Assembly (NCBI GenBank): GCA_965215275.1
Contig: OZ244044.1
Span: 320,001-384,000, forward strand
Direction of reading: 5' to 3'
DNA from: Thermodesulfobacteriota bacterium
GTDB lineage: Bacteria; Desulfobacterota_D; UBA1144; Nemesobacterales; JAJCZQ01
DNA length: 64,000 bases
Shown: positions 18,130 through 29,429 of the stretch, one piece after another
Layout: every line of letters begins with the position of its first letter
Position numbering within the stretch: position 1 is the first letter of the stretch
Program-made: the position numbers and the translations under genes
The notes under the pieces: model-generated
Told to the model about the DNA's origin: nothing
What the model saw: only the letters and a program-made list of their open reading frames with translations
Databases searched by the model: none

Positions 18130-21100
18130 CTTCACTGGACCGCCTTCTTGAATCTTACCGAACCGACTCTATCAGCGAGCGAGATAAGGGCACTGCATTT
18201 GAGAAACTAATCGCCACATGGTTGGTGACCGACCCCGTGCAGTCAAAGCGATTTGCTCGTGTCGAACTCTGGTCTGACTGGGCACGCCGCAAGGATATTG
18301 ACAGGACAGACACCGGGATTGATCTCGTCGGCTCCTTGCATGATGGCAAGTTTGCCGCGATCCAATGCAAGTTCTTCGATATCAACCGGAGCATCCGCAA
18401 GGAGGATATAGATACCTTCATCTCTGCCTCGGCAAAGTCAGCATTCGCCGAACGTCTGATCGTCGAGACCACCGACAGACCGTGGACTCTAAATGCCAAG
18501 ACGATGCTGTACGGCCAGAGGGTCCCAACGGCAGTCGTCGGTCTTCGCGACCTCCGCAACAGCCAAGTGGACTGGTCCACGTTCGCAGCAACGGGCAAAA
18601 TCGCACGTCCCAAACCGAAGACCTTACGGCAGGACCAAGTCGAGGCACTGGAGGCAGTGAAGAAAGGGCTGGCCGATGCCGACCGTGGCAAGCTTATCAT
18701 GGCCTGTGGGACCGGAAAAACCCTGACTGGGCTACGCATCGCCGAGGAACTCTCGGGTTCTGGCAGGCATGTTCTGTTACTGGTGCCGTCCCTTGCCTTG
18801 ATGTCCCAGACCGTGTACGAATGGTGTGCTAATACGGTCTTGTCACTCTCCACCTTTGCAGTGTGCTCGGACACTCAAGTGGGCAGAAGGCGCCGAAGTC
18901 GACATGATGTTGCAGAGCTTGAAGTTACCGACCTCGCCTTTCCACCCACGACGGACGCGGTTTTGCTGGCACGAGAGGTCGCTGCATCGGACGCCGACTC
19001 AATGCGCGTCGTTTTTGCAACCTATCAGTCAATCTCGGTAATCGCAGCCGCACAGGCAAATCATGGACTTCCTGAATTTGACCTGATTATCTGCGATGAA
19101 GCTCACCGCACCACAGGTGTAACTTTCCCGGGTGAGAACCAGTCTAATTTCGTAAAGGTGCACGACAACGAAACGATCCGAGGCTGCAAGCGGCTCTACA
19201 TGACGGCAACACCACGGATCTACGGTGAGAATGCAAGGACGAAGGCACGCGACACGCAGGCCGTTCTTGCCTCAATGGATGATCCTGACCTCTACGGTGA
19301 AATTCTATTTTATCACGGGTTCGCGCGGGCGGTTGAGAGCGATATCCTGACAGATTACCGCGTAATAGTTTTAATCATGGACGAGGGGCAGGTGAGCACT
19401 GCGGTGCAGAATCGCCTTGCCGACGAGAACACTGAACTTGTACTTGACGACGCCACGAAAATCATCGGTTGCTGGAGAGCCTTGTCCAAGAGTGGTCTTA
19501 TGGGAACGACCGTGGACGGTCTTGAACCGATGCGTCGCGCTCTTGCTTTCTGCCGGGACATCAAAAGTTCGAAACTTGTTCAAAACGAGTTCGAGCAGGT
19601 TGTCGCTGAATTTAAGTCTAAAACTGGTAAAAATGAGCGAAAAGGTGTCCTCTGTAAAGTCCGGCATGTAGATGGCACCTATAACGCCCGGGATCGGGGC
19701 CGGTTGCTCGACTGGCTAAAGGAAGACACGGGTAAAAATGTCTGCCGGATCCTGAGCAATGCACGATGCCTGACCGAAGGTGTTGACGTGCCAGATCTCG
19801 ACGCGATTCTATTTCTGCATCCACGCAACAGTCAAATAGATGTTGTGCAGGCCGTGGGTCGGGTGATGCGCAAAGCACCCGGCAAGCGGATGGGCTACGT
19901 CATTTTGCCGGTCGGCGTACCGCCAGGTGTTTCCACAGATGTGGCTCTCGCCGACAACAACAAATACCGAGTTGTCTGGCAGATCCTGAATGCACTACGA
20001 GCCCATGACGACCGTCTTGACGCAGTCATCAATCAGGGTGGCCTTGGGCAAGATATCAGCAGCCGTATTGCTATCATTGATGGCAGATCGCCGATTGCCA
20101 GCACTGAACTCCAAGCGGTCACGGCAAAAATTGAAGACCTGCCCAGCCGTCCCGGAACACGCGGATTAGAGATCGGTCGAGGAGATTTGAACAACTACGA
20201 AAACAGGAGCGAACAACAAGAACCATTGCAGTTGGTAATCAATGAGTTTTCCCGGGCAGTGATGGCGAAGATCGTCGAGAAGTGTGGCACGCGCGACTAC
20301 TGGGAAGACTGGGCAAAGGACGTCGCCGAAATTGCAAGACGGCATGTCACCAGAATCGCCGGACTTGTACAGGAAAAGGACAGCAACGCTTCGTCGGTTT
20401 TCCAGAAATTTTTTTTGGAACTCCGCGACGACCTCAACGAGTCTGTCACGGAACACGATGCCATTGAGATGCTGGCACAGCATCTGATTACTTGTCCCGT
20501 ATTTGATGCACTATTCGAAGGTCATACCTTCATCAACAGAAACCCTGTCTCGGTTGCCATGACAAAGGTCCTGTCGGTGATCGACGAAGCACAAGTCGAG
20601 CGCGAGGCCAGAACCCTCGAAGGATTCTACACCTCCGTGCGAAAGCGGGCGAAGGGAATTACCGATCCGCTGGCACGGCAGAACCTAATCGTCGAGCTCT
20701 ATGACAAGTTCTTCCGGGGCGCGTTTCCGCGTACCACGAAAATGCTCGGCATCGTCTACACGCCGGTTGAGATCGTTGACTTCATCATCCGGTCGGTAAA
20801 TGAAGCATTGCAGGATGAGTTTAACCAGACACTCGGTTCGGAAGGTGTCCATATTCTAGATCCATTTGCCGGTACCGGCACCTTCATCACCTGTTTGTTG
20901 CAATCGGGACTTATTGAGCCCGAAGACCTGGAGCGGAAATACCGCAAAGAAATCCATGCCAACGAGATCGTTTTGCTCGCCTACTATATCGCCGCCGTCA
21001 ATATCGAATCCGTCTTCCATTCGGTTTCCAGACGGGACGACTATCTTCCCTACACCGGTATCTGCCTTACCGATACCTTCGCCCTGCACGAGAGCGACGA

Positions 21101-23031
21101 CGAATTGTCGTACTATATGGAAGACAATACCGGTCGTCGTAAACGACAAAAGAAAACCGAAATTCGGGTCATTGTCGGCAACCCGCCCTATTCGGTCGGT
21201 CAAAGAAGCGAGAACGACAACGCAAAGAATGTGTCTTATACAAGGCTGGATGAGCGAATCCGGACCACATATGCAAACCGGTCGAACGCCAAGACAGTTC
21301 GGAATCTGTACGACAGCTACATCCGTGCAATCCGTTGGGGCAGTGACCGCCTCGGGAAGGCCGGTGTAATGGCATACATTACCAACAGTGCATGGGTCGA
21401 GCGTTCCTTCTCCGACGGATTGCGTAAGTGCCTAGCCGAGGAGTTTGCCAGCGTTCATATATTCCATCTTCGCGGCGACATCCGTAAGAACATGCTGTCC
21501 GGCACTACAGGGGAGGGTGAGAATATCTTCGGACAGGCGAGCATGACAGGAGTTGCAATCACAATCTTCGTCAAGAATCCCGATGCCACAGAGCAAGGTT
21601 GCATTCTGTTCCACGATATCGGGGATAAACTAGACCGGAAACAGAAACTTGATCGGATTAGGTGTTTCGGAAGCACCTGCGGAATCAAGGACACCGGCGG
21701 ATGGAAACAAATCATTCCAGATGAGCATGGCGACTGGATGGACCAACGCGATCAGCACTTCAAGGCGTATCCTGTGGTCGGAGACAAGAATAATAGGAAA
21801 AGAACCGTTTTATTTGATAATTATTCCTTGGGCGTAGTTACCGGCCGGGATCCGTGGTGCATTAATCCATCCCGGAACGCACTGGTCAAGAACATTGAAT
21901 CGACAACCTCTTTTTATAACAGTATATTGGAATGCTGGCAGGCAACGAAGCAACGCGCAACGATCGGGTCTGCAGAAGGCAAGCTCCCTGCAATAGACGA
22001 ATTCGTAACGATTGATACCAGCAGAATCAGTTGGACTCACTCTCTCAAGCAAGACCTCCGAAAAGGGAAAAAACTTCAACAGACCGATGGCATATTTGTC
22101 CCTTGTCTGTATAAGCCTTTCACAAAGCAATGGCAGTTTTTCAGCCGCCGTCTCAATGAGAGGGTCTATCAGATGCCTCGTATCTTCCCGAATGACAAGC
22201 TACCCAACCGTGTAATTGCAGTGACGGGAAAGGGAGGACGGTCCGGATTTTCTGCACTGATGATGGATGTGCTACCCAATATAGACACAATCGACAAGGG
22301 TCAGTGTTTCCCTTTCTGGCTTTATGAAGAGGGCAAGGAAATGCGGACCAATCTCTTCGGAGAGCAAATTTCCAAATTTCGGAGGATTGATGCCATTACC
22401 GATTGGGGTCTTCAAATTTTTCGCTCAGCGTACCCGTCGGAGACCATCAGTCAGGAAGACATATTTAACTATGTTTACGGGATTCTGCATTCAGAAGATT
22501 ACCGAAGTCGCTTCCGTGCCAACCTCGTCAAGGAACTACCTCGAATTCCTTTAGTGAAGCCAGTTGAGGATTATCGCACCTTCCGCGATGCCGGGAAACA
22601 CCTTGGCGAACTGCATGTTGGTTACGAGTGTGTCGACCCCTATCCGGCGGTCATCGACATGGACGGCAAGTTGCTTACGGGATCTCACCCCCCCCCCCGA
22701 AGATATCTACAGGGTCACAAAGATGAAGCACCTAGAGTTGGGCAAGAACAAGGACCGATCAACAGTGATCTACAACAACCACATCATCATTAGAGACATA
22801 CCCGAGGCAGCGTGGGAATATGTGGTTAACGGAAAATCGGCGCTCACTTGGGTCATTCAGCGCCAGAGCGTCAAGACCCACAAGGAGAGCGGGATTGTCA
22901 GCGACTCCAATTGCTACGCGACCGAGACGGTGGGCAATCCAAGATATCCACTTGACCTATTTTTGCGAATCATTACCGTCAGTCTTGAGACAGTGAAGGT
23001 CGTACGCACCCTTCCCGAATTGGCAATCTAA
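18126..23031 (+). CDS. Type ISP restriction-modification enzyme (Mrr-like nuclease, SF2 helicase, N6-adenine MTase, TRD), frameshifted at a C11 tract (22688-22698)
   Basis: DTGIDLV/AIQCK nuclease, MACGTGKT, DEAHR, LDPFAGTGTF, GNPPY; C-terminus (YVVNGKSA..WV..RQ) is in a second frame; GC richer than flanks. Confidence 0.9.
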
Positions 23032-23203
23032 TAATTCGGGTTAACTACCAACAATAACTGGTACTGGGGTAAAATCGTGGTTGTCGAGATTCCTGATTTA
23101 CAACCGAAATATCAACGTGAACCAATCTTCGGTGCACAGTGAATATGGTTTGCTCACTACACCGTTTATCCAGCGGGTTTGTTGAGAGTTACGGTGACTT
23201 CAC

Positions 23204-23290
23204 AAAGAAGCCATTAAGGATTGTGACAAAGACTAGAGATTAACCCGCAACATACAGAAATTATTACAGCAGAGGATTTGCCAAAACAGT
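23204..23290 (+). pseudogene. 3' remnant of the split TPR gene
   Basis: AAAGAAGCCATTAAGGATTGTGACAAAG...ATTAACCCGCAA...AGAGGATTTGCCAAAAC matches the TPR repeat DNA. Confidence 0.7.
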
Positions 23291-23713
23291 TAATTTAACA
23301 AACAGGACTTTTTCATTATCAGTAAAGAAAATATGATAAAATTTTGCACTATTAAAGAATGAACTACTTAAATTACCTGAAAAAACTGAAAATCAGAGGC
23401 GGATAAATTATGACAGACCAGACAAAGTTAATATTCTAAATCGGACTATATTCTGTCATGATAACCTTGAAGTATTACAAGGTATAAATTACAACTGCAT
23501 TGATTTTATTTACCTTGACCACCTTTTAATAAAAAAAGTATTTACTGCTCCAATAGGTAGTAGTGTGGAGGGAGCAAGTTTTAAAGACATATTTACAGAA
23601 GAAAATATTAAGGATAAATAGGTTAAGATAATTAAGGGAAATATTGATGCATATGATTATAAAAACCCAGTCCAGATAGGACTTATGTAAACAAAATCCT
23701 GTTTGTTAAGTTA
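23291..23713. mobile_element. Possible MITE-like unit with 21-bp imperfect inverted repeats around a methyltransferase remnant
   Basis: TAATTTAACAAACAGGACTTT (23291-23311) versus AAAATCCTGTTTGTTAAGTTA (23693-23713): 19/21 complementary. Confidence 0.45.
23410..23625 (+). pseudogene. N6/N4 DNA methyltransferase 5' remnant
   Basis: ILNRTIFCHDNLEVLQGINYNCIDFIYLD/PFNKK/VFTAPIGSSVEGASFKDIF with frameshifts at the DPPF motif. Confidence 0.75.
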
Positions 23714-23833
23714 TCCCTATAATCCTCTTAATTTTTTTGTATTAGAAGCACTGTATAACCTTGGAACAGAAGTAACGAATTTTTTGGCTAGTGCAGTTTA
23801 TATTTGAATACAAGAAGGAAAACGGTAGAGAAG

Positions 23834-25441
23834 ATGAGCAATCAAGAACAAATAAAGAGCTTGAAAGAATATTTAGATGTAATCACAAAAATTAATGAAG
23901 CCAAGGGAGAACATCAATACATATACCGTGGACAGAAAAACAAAAACTGGAAGATAAATAGCAGTGCAATGCGGCGACTAAAAGATGAACAAACTGATGA
24001 ACAAACCGATTTATTATCATATATATTCACAGGATACATCCATCAGATTATTGATGAGATACAACTCCGTTACTCCAACACTTACAAAGGCTTGACTGCG
24101 TTGGAATGTATGGCGCACTTGCAGCATAATAGAGTAGCCACTGGATTGATAGATTTTACCTATAATCCTTTTGTAGCCCTATGGTTTGCGTGTGAGGTAT
24201 GTGAAACAGACGGTAAAGTATTTGTGATAGATACTAAAACAAGCCCAATAGAAAAAATCAAAAACAGAAAAGATTTAAGTCAGGAATTGCAATATTTTTT
24301 TAACAAAGACAATCTTTGGCATCTTTGGCAACCTTTTATAGGTAATTCTAATATTGATACTCAACGTATTACCGTTCAACAGTCTGTTTTTCTGTTTGGA
24401 GCTCCTGAAGTACCACAAAATTTTATCAAGAAAGAAATTTTAATTTCTGGACAATACAAAAATCACCTGATAAGGGAACTTAGAACAATGGGTATATCAG
24501 AACAAACGCTGTTTTCAGATTTAGCAGGTTTTTTTGAAAGAAACAATGTTGATTCTTTCTACGATAAAGAACTTGCTGGAGATTTTTATACCTCCCAGAA
24601 CAACTATTTTCAGAGTGGTATCTTTAAATACGCGTTAGGCAAATACGAGGAAGCAATTGAGGACTTTGACAAAGCCGTAAAAGGTTATGAAAAAACCGTA
24701 AATAACAATACACAACTGGTAGAAGCTTATAATAACAAGGGGTCTGCCAAAATCAGACTTAAGCAATATGAGGAAGCAATTAAGGACTTTAACAAAGCCA
24801 TAAATCTCGACCCACAATATGCAATGGCTTACTATAACAGGGGAATTGCCAAAACCGAACTTGAGCAATACGAGGAAGCGATTAAGAACTATGACAAAGC
24901 CATAAATCTCGACCCACAATATGCAATGGCTTACTATAACAGGGGAATTGCCAAAACCGAACTTGAGCAATACGAGGAAGCGATTAAGGACTATGACAAA
25001 GCCATAAATCTCGACCCACAATATGCAATGGCTTATAATAACAGAGGATTTGCCAAAGTAAAACGTGGGCTATACGAGGAAGCAATTAAGGACTTTAACA
25101 AAACTATAAAGATCAATGCACAATTGGCAGAACCTTATAATAACAGAGGGCTTGACAAAGCAAGACGTGGGCTATACGAGGAAGCAATTGAGGATTTTAA
25201 CAAAGCCATAAAGATTAACCCGAAATCGGTACATGATCACTATTACCGGTGGATTGCTCTATTATGCTTGAGCAAATGGGAAAATGCAAAAACAAATTTA
25301 ATCACTGCTAAAAACCAAGGGGTAGACATTGTTAAATTGTTACAAGAAGAACATAAAAACATCACTGAATTTGAAAAAAGATTTAATATTAAACTGCCGG
25401 CAGACATCAAGGCATTGCTAACCTATAAGAGTAAAGATTGA
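23834..25441 (+). CDS. FRG-domain + TPR repeat protein
   Basis: YRGQ, AHLQHNRVATGLIDFTYNPFVALWFAC, RITVQQSVF (FRG); C-terminal TPRs including near-exact 102-bp repeats. Confidence 0.88.
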   Translation: MSNQEQIKSLKEYLDVITKINEAKGEHQYIYRGQKNKNWKINSSAMRRLKDEQTDEQTDLLSYIFTGYIHQIIDEIQLRYSNTYKGLTALECMAHLQHNRVATGLIDFTYNPFVALWFACEVCETDGKVFVIDTKTSPIEKIKNRKDLSQELQYFFNKDNLWHLWQPFIGNSNIDTQRITVQQSVFLFGAPEVPQNFIKKEILISGQYKNHLIRELRTMGISEQTLFSDLAGFFERNNVDSFYDKELAGDFYTSQNNYFQSGIFKYALGKYEEAIEDFDKAVKGYEKTVNNNTQLVEAYNNKGSAKIRLKQYEEAIKDFNKAINLDPQYAMAYYNRGIAKTELEQYEEAIKNYDKAINLDPQYAMAYYNRGIAKTELEQYEEAIKDYDKAINLDPQYAMAYNNRGFAKVKRGLYEEAIKDFNKTIKINAQLAEPYNNRGLDKARRGLYEEAIEDFNKAIKINPKSVHDHYYRWIALLCLSKWENAKTNLITAKNQGVDIVKLLQEEHKNITEFEKRFNIKLPADIKALLTYKSKD

Positions 25442-25594
25442 AGATCAAACATTATAAACCATCTGTAATTTTTACTGTGTAATATTCAACAAAGGATGTA
25501 ACTTTATGATAGTAAACATGGAAGTTTTATGCCTAATACAATATTGATCTGTAAAAGATGAATATCCCTCTGGATCATTTATACTCATCACTTC

Positions 25595-26485
25595 ATGAAA
25601 TTTGGCCTATGTTTACCTATCCGCAGAGACTGTTCACTGAAGTTCAACATTGATCTAGCTATCAGAGCAGAGGAACTGGGGTTTGACTCCGTGTGGGTCA
25701 GCGACCATATCATAATACCAAGCAACACGAAGAATATCTTCAGTTCTATATTTTATGACCCTTTTATACTGCTGACCGCTATTGGAGCAAAAACCAAGAA
25801 TATAAGGCTTGGCACCAGCGCGGTCGTTCTGCCTTACAGGAACCCAGTAGTTGTAGCAAAGATGCTGACCACTCTTGATACCTTGTCAGAAGGCAGACTG
25901 ATCTTCGGAGTGGTCCCGGGATGGCTAAAAGAGGAGTTCGATGCCCTTAATGCAAATTTTAAGGAAAGGGGAAAGATCACAGATGAATATCTGCAGGCAA
26001 TATCAGAACTTTTAAGCAGTGATGACCCTGTTTTCAGAGGAGAGTCAGTCAGTTTTTCAGATATAGAATTTTACCCTAAACCTTATAATAACCGAAAGAT
26101 CGAGACCTGGATTGGCGGTAGCAGTAAATCCGCCATGGAACGTTCGTTAAAATATGGTACTGGCTGGCAGCCGACATGGGTCAGCCCTGAAGATATTTCT
26201 GAACTTATAAACTATCTTACAACTGTCTCCGATGATATGAACGTGAATATGGAAAACTTCACCATATCAGTGAGAAACAGAGTTAAGTTCAACACGGAAG
26301 CAAATCCTCAAAACAACCCCATTTATATGTTTTCGGGAGATATGGACGCTATAAATCTGGAAATTCAATCTTTTAAAAAAGCAGGTATCAACCATATAGT
26401 TTTTGACCCTGAAACAACAAGTAATTTGGAGACAATGGAGATGGCAGAGCAGTTATCAGAGAAAGTTATAAAATTTTTTGACTAA
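25595..26485 (+). CDS. LLM-class flavin-dependent oxidoreductase (possibly F420-dependent)
   Basis: AEELGFDSVWVSDH, RLGTSAVVLPYRNP, TLDTLSEGRL, WIGG. Confidence 0.88.
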   Translation: MKFGLCLPIRRDCSLKFNIDLAIRAEELGFDSVWVSDHIIIPSNTKNIFSSIFYDPFILLTAIGAKTKNIRLGTSAVVLPYRNPVVVAKMLTTLDTLSEGRLIFGVVPGWLKEEFDALNANFKERGKITDEYLQAISELLSSDDPVFRGESVSFSDIEFYPKPYNNRKIETWIGGSSKSAMERSLKYGTGWQPTWVSPEDISELINYLTTVSDDMNVNMENFTISVRNRVKFNTEANPQNNPIYMFSGDMDAINLEIQSFKKAGINHIVFDPETTSNLETMEMAEQLSEKVIKFFD

Positions 26486-26612
26486 AAGATTAATTGTATT
26501 AGCTTTGAATAAGTTAACCCATTTAATCCGTAAACATCTTTGTTTAGCTTAGCAAAATCTATAGATAAAAGGGTCAACTCCTAACTGTAAATTAGGAAAT
26601 ATAAGAAAAACC

Positions 26613-29336
26613 ATGAGCACGATAGACCTGAATATCAATCAGGAAAAGCAGGATATACTGGACATTAAAGACGACAACGTTCTGGTAACTGCCAATCCTG
26701 GGACGGGTAAAACCCTTCTGCTTGCCCACAAATACCTTTCTCTGATAAGGGACGGGACCGAACCGAAAGACATCCTGTGCCTGACGTTCACGGAAAAAGC
26801 AAAAAGCGAGATGGAAAAAAGGATCTTGGAACTGCAAAAGAAAAGCAGAGTTCAGATGGACGTATCTCAACTGAACGTAAGCACGTTCCACTCCTATGCA
26901 CTCAGTCAGCTTGAACAGAAGGATATAATATCTTCAAATCTGCTCAGGTCGGAGATCTACCTGTACATTAAGAAAAAGGACCTGTTTAACTACCAAGACA
27001 CTCACATTATAGGTACGATCGTTCCCAGAATAGATACTCTAATAAAGTACCTGAAGAGCTTTGGTGTATTGCCAGAGGACATAAATATCAAAGAAGCTGA
27101 AAAAGAACTTCTCAAAAACAAAGACCTTGATAAGACGTATTCCGACAGTGAGAAAGTGCTCCTTCTGAAAACTTTCATAGAGATCTATAAGGAATACGAA
27201 GATATCAAAAAACCAAAAGGATACGACTACGCCGATCTTCTGATAGAGTTCCTGAAATTAGAGAAGAAAAGAAAATTCGACTATGTGCTCATAGACGAAC
27301 TTCAAGACCTGAACAGAATAGAGGCAAAGATAGCACTGGGGTCCGCCGACAGGTTCGTGGCAGTGGGAGACAAGAAACAGGCGATCTTTGGATTTCAAGG
27401 TGGGTCCATCATTAATTTTGACCTTTTTAAAAGGTCCAGAAGATCCATCCTGTCAGAAAACTTCAGAAGCACGGACCAGATACTGTTCTATGCCAAGAAC
27501 TACTTTATCGCCAAGACCAAAAATACCGCTCATAAAGGTGAGTTAAAAGATCTTAAGAACGCAACGGGATATAACGGAAATATGCCTATTATCATTAAAA
27601 CCGAAAGGTCCGATCAGGTAAAACGCGCCGCAGACGTCCTTGAGAGTATTATCAACAGCCATGAAGAGACCAAGTGTTCTGACAAGACCACTGCGGTCAT
27701 AATGAGAACGAACGCTCAGATAACGAAAATGAGCACAGAACTGGAAAACAGGAACGTTAATTTCACAACCACTTTCTTCAGCGGTTCCGAGAACACAAAA
27801 GACGATATTTTAAACTTTATCAGAGGAGTGATGAGCGATGACGTGCAAATCATAAAGAGCACAATGTTCACTCCCTATTCTCCTGTCACGATCCAGCAGG
27901 CATTTAAACTTGCGGACAAAAAATACGGTTCGGCAGAAGATATCCTTAAGGACATTAAACCTTTTAAAAAACTGAGAAATAAGATAAAGGATAAATACGA
28001 CCTGTTAAAACTGTTCCGTGACAGGATTCTCCCGATCGCAGTTTCCCATGGTAAAGAGCACTACTATGCCGCAAAAAAGACCAGTGACGCTTTCTTTGAA
28101 GCTTTGGAACTGCTCGGAGATAAAGATCTGGACAACGTTATAAACTACGTCCGCTTATACGGTCTGTCCATGGAAGAGGCAGAGAAAAACGGTCCGGTGA
28201 CCCTTACTACGGTCCATAAGGCAAAGGGAAGGGAATTCAACAATGTTATCTACCTGCCAGCCCCTCCCGTAAATAAAAAGGGTATCTTTGATCCTATCGT
28301 TCAATCAATACTTGGGTCCAAAAAGATCAACGCTGAAGAGGAACTGCAAGAGGAGAGTTTCCGAATAGACTTTGTCGCTTTCACTCGTGCCAAAGATCAG
28401 CTTTTAGTTATCACTACGGACGAGAACAAATATTTCAATGAAGAATTTTCCCGACCTGATCCAGGAACCTACGAATCAAGGGACCCGGTACCTGAACCGG
28501 CAGCTTACAGGCTGGAGGCTTACAAGCTGTTCGTGAACAAAGAATACGAAGAGGCAAAAAAACTCCTGAAAGACAGGGACCACTGGCTTATAGATTTTAT
28601 AAAAGACCATTTCAGGAAACTGGACAGCGTATCTTTTTCTTCCATAGATAATACAAAACCTTTTGAATACCTGACCGGTAATATTTTAAAAATAAGAACA
28701 TATTCCCCAGCTCTGAACGTTGGCAGCGAAGTTCACTCTATGGCGGAAAAGAAACTAAAAGGCGAGGAACACGAAACCGATGATGTATATAAACCTTATG
28801 AAAAAAATATTGATAAGCTGTTAGCTTCCGAGTCAATAGCTGAATATCCTGAGGTTCACTGTGTGGAAGAGTTCTTTGAAGTGCCTCTGCCGGAAATATC
28901 GGACATTGAAGAAGATATAAAGTTCAGAGGGAAGATAGACGCAGTATTAAAAAAAGATGGCAAGTATCTTATGCTGGACTGGAAAACCGACAGGACACAA
29001 ACGCCAAAACACCGACAGCAACTTGAGATTTACAGAAAGGCATTCTGTCATCTTAACGACGTTACAAAAGACAATGTTCAGGTGGCAATAGCCTATATAG
29101 GGCTCAGACCCCAAGTGAACACCGGTGAAGTTCATTGGGAACTTGATACAAAAGAACCAGGACCGACAGCATTTGGAACGGTGAAAAAGAGATTAAAAAA
29201 AATAGTGGATTGGAAAAACAACCCTGATGACTTTATCCGCGAACTATCAGGCCAGAAGGGAATAAAAAGCAATGAGATACTCTGGAAAAACGTTGTTGAA
29301 CAGTACCTTTACGAATATCAGAAGGACCAGAAATAA
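26613..29336 (+). CDS. UvrD/SF1 helicase fused to a C-terminal PD-(D/E)XK nuclease
   Basis: ANPGTGKT, IDELQD, VGDKKQAIFGFQG, ENFRS, TVHKAKGREF, FVAFTRAK; GKIDAV...DWKT...QLEIY. Confidence 0.9.
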   Translation: MSTIDLNINQEKQDILDIKDDNVLVTANPGTGKTLLLAHKYLSLIRDGTEPKDILCLTFTEKAKSEMEKRILELQKKSRVQMDVSQLNVSTFHSYALSQLEQKDIISSNLLRSEIYLYIKKKDLFNYQDTHIIGTIVPRIDTLIKYLKSFGVLPEDINIKEAEKELLKNKDLDKTYSDSEKVLLLKTFIEIYKEYEDIKKPKGYDYADLLIEFLKLEKKRKFDYVLIDELQDLNRIEAKIALGSADRFVAVGDKKQAIFGFQGGSIINFDLFKRSRRSILSENFRSTDQILFYAKNYFIAKTKNTAHKGELKDLKNATGYNGNMPIIIKTERSDQVKRAADVLESIINSHEETKCSDKTTAVIMRTNAQITKMSTELENRNVNFTTTFFSGSENTKDDILNFIRGVMSDDVQIIKSTMFTPYSPVTIQQAFKLADKKYGSAEDILKDIKPFKKLRNKIKDKYDLLKLFRDRILPIAVSHGKEHYYAAKKTSDAFFEALELLGDKDLDNVINYVRLYGLSMEEAEKNGPVTLTTVHKAKGREFNNVIYLPAPPVNKKGIFDPIVQSILGSKKINAEEELQEESFRIDFVAFTRAKDQLLVITTDENKYFNEEFSRPDPGTYESRDPVPEPAAYRLEAYKLFVNKEYEEAKKLLKDRDHWLIDFIKDHFRKLDSVSFSSIDNTKPFEYLTGNILKIRTYSPALNVGSEVHSMAEKKLKGEEHETDDVYKPYEKNIDKLLASESIAEYPEVHCVEEFFEVPLPEISDIEEDIKFRGKIDAVLKKDGKYLMLDWKTDRTQTPKHRQQLEIYRKAFCHLNDVTKDNVQVAIAYIGLRPQVNTGEVHWELDTKEPGPTAFGTVKKRLKKIVDWKNNPDDFIRELSGQKGIKSNEILWKNVVEQYLYEYQKDQK

Positions 29337-29429
29337 CCGGCAGAAGACCGTGCATGATCATTTGGCCAGTTCGACCTTCATACTATATAATGGTCCTGAA
29401 CACCGGTCTTTGCATTTTTGTAGCTTCCT

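Noticed and set aside
18155..18874. Long antisense and alternate-frame ORFs (also 4089-4697, 48558-49226, 50936-51526, 54003-54653, 62617-63216)
   Set aside because: They overlap well-supported genes and carry no recognisable motifs; treated as shadow ORFs.
23032..23200. Integron attC site after the Type ISP gene
   Set aside because: No convincing paired R''/R' boxes or long imperfect palindrome, and no intI.
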